Origin: a virus
Lineage: Duplodnaviria > Caudoviricetes
Reading direction: 5' to 3' (one strand)
Length of the DNA: 64,000 nt
Virus record (IMG/VR): IMGVR_UViG_3300014205_000177
Span: 64,001-128,000 of that record
This document shows, one piece after another, positions 61,001 to 64,000 of this stretch (position 1 is its first letter; each line of letters starts with the position of its first letter). The notes beneath the pieces were generated by a model that worked only from the letters and a program-made list of their open reading frames with translations, was not told the origin of the DNA and searched no databases. Position numbers and translations under genes: made by a program.

Positions 61001-63989
61001 TTTCATTTTCATCAGAATATCCAATCTTATCAACAAGAAATTTTACTATAGAGTTTTTAATCTCTCTACCAGATAATGAAAACTGTGCTTTTTTTGTTCC
61101 TATATCATTATCAAAATATTTATTAGAATGATTGCTAATTGATGAAAGATTTTGAGGATTAAAAAGAACCGATTCTGTTGCAGGAATAGGAAATTTTGAA
61201 TCTCTCCCTATTGATTCAAATTGATTCTTTTTAGTAGTAGAAATATCACCAATCATTCCTATTAAATTTTCTACAGCAAGACCAATAGGTGAAGAATCTG
61301 TATATCCTGCAAACATACTTGAAGTAGCACCTGAAGCTAAACCCATTACTTCTGGTGAATATTTATGGTCTGGACTGTCTCCTCCGGCTAATTTTCTAAA
61401 TGCTGTTTCACCAGAAAGGTTTAAATTAGACTTAGCTAATAAATTTTCTATAATAGAAATAAGTTTTAAATATTCTTTATTCTCTGAAATATTACTTTTT
61501 CTAACCAATGAACCTGGTTCTATTCTATCATGATATTGATTTAAAATTTCTTGACCAGAAGCAATAGTTTCTGGAGTTATTACTGATTCTTTATCAAATA
61601 AACCTCCCCAGTTACCGTTTTTGGGACCAGTAATTGTTTCATAATTACCAATATTTGAGTTTTTTCTTACTCTCTTATTAACTGCTGTGCTTAAATTTCT
61701 ACCCATTGCTTCAAGCATTGGACCAGGAACTGATACATCTTTTTCATGCTCTTGTCCATCTTCAGTTTCCCATGTTTTTATTTTATAATTAGAAAATCCT
61801 ACTGAGTTCTGAATAAATTGAGTAATATCATTACTATGTTCTCTAACACTTTCTCTTGATTGTCTAATCAAATTTTGAGCAATATTTTTCTCATGAACAG
61901 CATTCATTCTATCCTTACTTTCCAATCCTTCATTTATTTCACTTTTAGCTATTTCTCTTGTTTTTGCATATCTTGCTATTTCCTGTTCACTCATACCAGG
62001 GAATTTCATTCCTAATGTTTTTAAAGCTTCTTTTCTTTGAGATATTGAATCTTTGTAAAATTCATTATTACCAAGATGTTCTTCTTCCAAATTATAAATA
62101 TCTTTATAAATAGGAGTTTTCTCTTGTTCACTTTTCACATCCTTTAATTTTGCAAATAATTCTTTTCTTTTTTTAATAAATTCATCAAAAGAAGATACTT
62201 CAGATTTTGCGTCGGCGTATGTTGTTATTTCTTTTACAGAATTAAGAACTGAATCATCTCCAAATAATATATTTGCCCCTGATTGCATTGATGGGACTGC
62301 TTCTGGATGTTCTTTATGTAAACCATGTGTTAACTTTCTTATCAAAGGATGTATTTTAGATTCAGATTCTTTTAATTGTTTTTTAAGTTTATCTTGTTGT
62401 CTTTTTGAACTATTTTCTGGTTTAGATAATGAAGATTTAATATTATCATAATCAACTAAATTTTGTTGTATACTAGAGTATTCTGAATTTTCTGTATTAA
62501 CTCCATTTTTGTAATCTTCTATAGAATTAACTAATCCAGTCAATCCTTTAAAGTCAGCTAGTGTCAACCCATAACCACTAAGCATCGCAGATTTTTTACT
62601 ACTCTTAACTGTCATGCTTGAAGTGTGAAATAAATCAGGAAATAAACCTTTATTAACATTATCTGAAAGTACTGCTCCTTTTAATGAAGCTCTTTGTATA
62701 TTAGAATTTTTAATAGCAATTAAATATTCAATTAACTTATCTATATTAGATTCATTAACCATCTCATTTAATACTTTTTTATTAAGTTTATTTTTATTAA
62801 TATCTTGAATTAAACTTCTTAATAAATTAACTTTTTCTTCTTTATTTCCTGATACATCTTTTAATGAACCAGAAGTGTTATCATCTCCTACTAATCCTAC
62901 AATTGAAGTTTTCCATATTTCTGATATTGCATTTTTATTTTTAGAATCTGAACTCAAACCTTTTATCTTTGAAAAATTAGATAACGCACTTAATCCTTCA
63001 GAAATTTGACCTGATTGAACATAACTTAAACCCATATCTTCCATAATTTTATTTATATTCGAACTTGTTCTTTGAGTTCCACCTTTTCTTAATGCTATAG
63101 ACTCTCTTCCTACATTTCTTAACTCATCAGATGATTTGTCTGAAAGAGATTTATTACCTGAAAAACCTCCTCTATAATTATTTGTAATAATAGACATTGG
63201 TCCATTTTCAGTATTTAACATTTCTAATAACATAGCAGTAGATGGTGATGAAGATTTTTTATTAAATTCATTATCTTGATTAAATGCTCTCCATGACTCT
63301 TCTATAATTTTAATTTTTTGAGGTTCTGAAAGAGTTACACCGTTTCTATCTTTTATATTATTATTTTTGAAATAATCCATTACTATCTTGCGATATTCTG
63401 ACTTCATTTTTTCTATATTTTTTTGACTAGTATCTGAGCCTTGTTGACTATTAATTATATCATTAAAATGTTCTTCCATGCTATCTTGAGAAGATGCTTT
63501 TAAATCAAAAAATCCAATCTTTATATTATTATGTTTTTTACCTTCTGAAACTTTTAATTTTTTATTTAAATAATCATCAATATTTTTATCAGTAGCACCA
63601 TAGTCTTTAAAAAGCTTTCTTTGTTCTTTTGTTATTTTTTTAGTTTCTAATACCTTTTCATATTCTTTTCTTAACTCTATTGGCATTCCATCATCAACAG
63701 CAACTTCATTTATAGCATTTTCATTAAATTCTGAATCCGATGCTTTTTCTTTAAAATTACCCATTTTAGCTTGTCTTATATATGCTCTTAAATTTTTAAA
63801 TGCTTCTGGAGCACCTTGTTTGCCTCTAGTAACAACAGGATTTGAACTACTTACATTTAAAGAATGGAGAGCCATCCCTATTTCGTTATTAACATCAGCT
63901 TGAACTGCTAAAGAATGTTCTGATAAAGGCTTTTGTACTTGTTTCATAGAATCTGTTTTTTCATCATACACTCTAGTTGATATTGGCAT
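49032..63989 (-). CDS. Giant tail tape measure protein (at least 4985 aa; may start beyond the window)
   Basis: TP901-type core at about 56590-57510 (YETALVNVNKV, FAQQG, EALTAATRQFG, AVTSKNLSDAV, TGNSLGNSFK), Gly/Ala hydrophobic segments; frame is open from the ATG to the window edge. Confidence 0.9.
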   Translation of the reverse strand: MPISTRVYDEKTDSMKQVQKPLSEHSLAVQADVNNEIGMALHSLNVSSSNPVVTRGKQGAPEAFKNLRAYIRQAKMGNFKEKASDSEFNENAINEVAVDDGMPIELRKEYEKVLETKKITKEQRKLFKDYGATDKNIDDYLNKKLKVSEGKKHNNIKIGFFDLKASSQDSMEEHFNDIINSQQGSDTSQKNIEKMKSEYRKIVMDYFKNNNIKDRNGVTLSEPQKIKIIEESWRAFNQDNEFNKKSSSPSTAMLLEMLNTENGPMSIITNNYRGGFSGNKSLSDKSSDELRNVGRESIALRKGGTQRTSSNINKIMEDMGLSYVQSGQISEGLSALSNFSKIKGLSSDSKNKNAISEIWKTSIVGLVGDDNTSGSLKDVSGNKEEKVNLLRSLIQDINKNKLNKKVLNEMVNESNIDKLIEYLIAIKNSNIQRASLKGAVLSDNVNKGLFPDLFHTSSMTVKSSKKSAMLSGYGLTLADFKGLTGLVNSIEDYKNGVNTENSEYSSIQQNLVDYDNIKSSLSKPENSSKRQQDKLKKQLKESESKIHPLIRKLTHGLHKEHPEAVPSMQSGANILFGDDSVLNSVKEITTYADAKSEVSSFDEFIKKRKELFAKLKDVKSEQEKTPIYKDIYNLEEEHLGNNEFYKDSISQRKEALKTLGMKFPGMSEQEIARYAKTREIAKSEINEGLESKDRMNAVHEKNIAQNLIRQSRESVREHSNDITQFIQNSVGFSNYKIKTWETEDGQEHEKDVSVPGPMLEAMGRNLSTAVNKRVRKNSNIGNYETITGPKNGNWGGLFDKESVITPETIASGQEILNQYHDRIEPGSLVRKSNISENKEYLKLISIIENLLAKSNLNLSGETAFRKLAGGDSPDHKYSPEVMGLASGATSSMFAGYTDSSPIGLAVENLIGMIGDISTTKKNQFESIGRDSKFPIPATESVLFNPQNLSSISNHSNKYFDNDIGTKKAQFSLSGREIKNSIVKFLVDKIGYSDENEKVSQEKDISRYLKGNEDYSPEGVIKAIEDGIGSKLRPEFGTKEFLNDKNYQDKLSSHMEIESAYKEAKNNAGAQELAGRLFGKGNALEKAHEEIMSKDGIVKYGNKKFDIKDTKYVESGDNISVLADFLKNKISPNIGSGVEKLGDVGIVLSGLDLEKKDFGSLGKFKVNENIIKDFEAYNKNLDKKGNTIDKDIEAKTKYSYNALKTVYQLVQDYEFRGGNITEEESKTLNESLNIISSSSNDTDSVLKGILQTAKKYDPEYKKIVSQIKEKEKLFKKTLPASSERLKVSKDIAKLESKKGSLDNLYENVFPSFMKEGMSVSTRLLGRNYSAVQMHGNMDSIKDLILANTPKGMPKKEIEAFSKIIESSQSLIQLAGGGNVENPEALLQGMIDIVSGKNNIMSGVNADNFAAFGANLHRPDGEKFETIKDFIKQRKKKTEGYESPFNQDNIKGHQNPQEQVNYIQYLLNSKKNLLNNVFGNENGLEKFNKITSNSNMSILDYNDIENGLKEYQESKLELGNIPQDIKPLDITHASILKKMNNLKSTKTYQNALSKNGKTEASLLSKKEKESIQEMEELNLQRMEVEGKKDKFNNRDSVEKRISALREKFSYYGLDNESLDKVSSSKENTDSFMTVLRHNNGERQNLEKPIPDEKKLEEVKIASEEKLSIKKQIKKRKEQIDKRIEELDNEKVITDKEVIPDKEVIPSSQMDAAILAKKMKEKAVTKAGEAISESTPVTNGQFSGLNKIENVLLQIERGVLNLSTIVSKSISNMSKVTDNMISLVKFIIDSGKGVNNQKLNLPNIEETSLPSSSDLEAANAENASSNSRLAALKVEQQSNNLNNKDSLSGKNNGRGKKIKVEAETPEIPTNVPPIRPKVGETSGPSYKDGDISVNIAEVQKAVREDIRQRIKMFEKYFQTVSSKALYKNDAQSMAEIGLIKEGKTAIVADVGYKVQEKMPSSPEGQQVFKEVLKPILKESQPITAVDVTKDRLQKTKSETNEEYSKRLLTYALTMSVEKDSRREAIMKNIVSKINKKEEEKLSLSDAEEIKIVNPKKVKKNGEFETETVKISAYEATVRDLRDAPGTSNPEHIASVTKGVLLSHIENENKKRTAKNLPKIESFPAAALMSSTQASKISKEYDSTMSKNYRQEQSQGKLVNSVINRVVLYGGLSYAFYGMTNKIAEATKVMASYETALVNVNKVMDPMMTSTERLSDSAKKMSSIYGTNIIEVVDSMAVFAQQGKSTSDVITLTNASLLASNVAGFKATEATEALTAATRQFGIEDSKTLSIIDSWTEVGARTAVTSKNLSDAVKQAGTSARVSGMSFHEFNGIVSAVGSATRDTGNSLGNSFKYILSHLRVEESITALQNLGVAVYNVDGGFRDSFTIMQDLASKWTTLSTVQKENAAVTIAGARRYNTMMVLMDQWDEVLQAAKMSEDSTGSAMQKNMLIMDTYAKKVEVMKASVDSFYAKVGESGGKSILTYFSNTLTNIFGILNSMPSGIAGLAAVGGTVFGAGTAIARTISYSGADRWINHKTEESRIAKITAKEVSSYLKKDYTGKTRALYNPAMYDYQYNKLQKMESSDENEIIKKIMVSHYGEKGVSRFSEEERKTVEGKVRTQFNSQIDKTTQNAIIQKEPGQIPIKISEFVKQNMVAMMAAGVGLKVFAQTFEDKESISGRSLTGDTLNTLGSGAAIAPMALMAGQKVSNMVGGKGGKFAGGAVGLTIAGLTMASDIKDLINNISEYWSGSDRKTVAMIEKESSKIKSITSSISTYEKLTGKQEKGEILTTLENSNLKNATSILMRANPESVVFKNGFPSLSEEFVSKMSQEGEIREKRKDELRMNLAYKKAFMTDGGIFGKTAISSISENLAEERDRAKELTDTRKILVGKMDSSTSESNKVYYQSKIYNLDAALDEVYGRMEEAKTKAEKVFEPFIDLFNETGRQISSDARERGSRVFNNDTVDERFVKTRESYIKTFGKDKYVETSFNAIKDTAESGRSLNPHKDALQMAKDTNKMFLLLNDGYQKVGDNVKKFKIVVQDVYTNQQKTIGFDTERGLNKTQVLKRAKEEIKKQFGGIYDDKKEFILSTTEISDEMFDLPMTSVKQFATTAKSSFQEIINDYTRLERKIFKPLDFQKMSILTPKDSDSELDSRFASFNDFGSNYSKLMGDTSTFDIKDYKKLSNEESNRDYFAEINSRLAEISNNENSGIAGLMENSIYMSKFKSGFDIKAIKMVNTLVNQESRKKMSAAELSSLGEESPENLTSAELMKKELNDLFKGTGVSVEHLISKYGDDPEKLRKELTKFTNIGKERYSKSSGISDSEKENEKKIIDLVSKTAGVQTSTRESLGFYKEKRKREILLKTGDYTESDAAMVDSEVITKSAEITKNIFSSVKKIKEKAISDFSKAIESDQVEVDNNKFKRDNKLTSETERKSLSDIIVSQEKSINESKSRQKAYIDLLNMLEENTAKINPVDENTSLIIRNSKSKAIREASKGNLLGGYTGSEENNLLINLAQIKNLEAAKKIEDDKIAGIKAKGEDITPLEKIMLRQAEINSKSFSDALSPILNNTKEINNKVGDMRAQREQTQRKLATEFFVNKMMGSERTLSSQVELSKGGLSDAFELSKRITNALEENSFYGKGGMSQEFFSLMKEFGDTEKEIGKSGDPGYMKNWLLASPQEQAIASFIESQKESGISLQEIFSDTGMKEYAKDHSLIGSLMDKMVRQEESSKLVESQSKLSNILLHLANIAERLVSKVGKESETGKNLDSGAKNAISSANSLNNPYLSGVIKAQKIWKESKKGNTSADVITPAESREINYNVISRVAPTSERVENNSNSSRSNALGLATLGIPLAVMPKQTFANIGKSIKKFFTPNDMYKGKIGERTSSVAESVFGHIPEIKLQKNMQEDANGTFNSLTKEINIRRGLSSKESVRYANHEVNHSIMDYLSNRNNKKFRYIGDTVVDELSTSAAAHALDNKYSKGRINLDSYFTPVSKSGSGKLHKNIYKSIDYALESSGNSPHARIKTISDIMGGKNGYGPLAKIIGENFTFKEGGELIGEKLPKVSKTLKDYADEIEIRQEPPTPVSRKRKLDEESRKIRNRRKPKEKIEEPVRVETSGERSRRIARERMSNKGIPFEPAVKPSFGDNFQKTGSSFISGMAAYYYGKDAAEDFKKGDSKSIISGIGKSAVSGSFLYEALSKSPKSSIATAAASIMYAGSSAYNNFAKTNNYKDIPMALGDTAVESLPLLAFNSKIRGWGGKLASYAGDKTGITKLATPYISKAIEKSPSWMKSPMKLARGINKIGAMNPKGSLIGMGLSMTAPLTSYAAERITGREDIGDAVGMASHLAFLGLDPSMAIMSGGINATQDMLGSEGYFRSKKHDIDGFSQKENENYKKSVGLTDWEYNSRNNGISRYINKSGMLKGGGIVSEILDRSATAISQADKYLTGGYVSKRLGSKANQIEKKEEQNNIYNMVKTHKNTTNDPSKRDSLIHYDGENKRREREIDKNSIAKVMDLAKSMGATEELPQDTQASILQESSMYKGKGKTLEERSNIFRIFRERILEAKRESLKREYESKNNKASLALRVISPIAAISHLWSDEKKDEIAPNKANFAIKKAIDLAKRTGIENDNKQIETLLSDKNVNSEYNNQLDKKFNDKKAGLEKDASTSKKSYRDYFNSIIDDGTEPSEESYNNPSELSRKVTSEEYSKLMEKHRKMKDDEDKVKELTPESFKSGIDNKTKLTELQKIKYKVDEKNNNDKLTPSINSDNKYKNTDYLRIMSNKELVKDKVKDKKENKHSKKRPSGIYLGEELVYEKNMFGQDELSVVEKRWDEKAYDKKIKEKAITKYTSKEQSRDELIDAIINGKEEYRDIDPGFSDGSHEKMYGNTKMYSYDYNRNKFDTEEESMKESADKFKEQNSSTNTKSEVSGSVSVDASGLQDAFTESFGSPLAKLIVEMLMPQISKIIEQGAGNAMAGVKVDSAKYNMNK
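58885..58929. repeat. 18-nt in-frame tandem repeat (about 2.5 copies) in the TMP
   Basis: ATTACTTCTTTATCAG(G/T)A twice plus a partial copy; encodes KVITDKEVIPDKEVIP. Confidence 0.85.
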
Positions 63990-64000
63990 TCTACCAATAT

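Noticed and set aside
1-64000. Stop-codon reassignment, tRNA/rRNA genes, IS elements
   Set aside because: Code-11 ORFs tile the window, with TAA, TAG and TGA all used as stops; intergenic gaps are under 100 nt with no cloverleaf; no transposase recognised

Overview
A very AT-rich, densely coding fragment of a large (jumbo-type) tailed bacteriophage genome, standard genetic code, with nearly all genes on the minus strand. Left part (1-22.7 kb): a replication/recombination module of bacterial type (DnaE, DEDDh exonuclease, intein-containing SF2 helicase, ThyX-like, PD-(D/E)XK nuclease, RuvC-like, SSB, DnaG, DnaB, RecA, initiator-like), with an embedded five-gene sugar-transfer/methylation cassette. 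One plus-strand HTH-metallophosphoesterase gene separates it from a 40 kb tail/virion module (tape measure of at least 4985 aa, hub-like protein, large Ig/CUB/propeller proteins, an HNH, a subtilase). Best candidate for a new system: DnaE is split in two without inteins, and its PHP half is fused behind a SLOG (MoCo-carrier-like) domain and a macro-like (A1S_2505-type) domain. This could be a replisome-tethered ADP-ribose-handling module, possibly countering DarT-type defence. All domain calls come from motif recognition by eye; no database searches were run.
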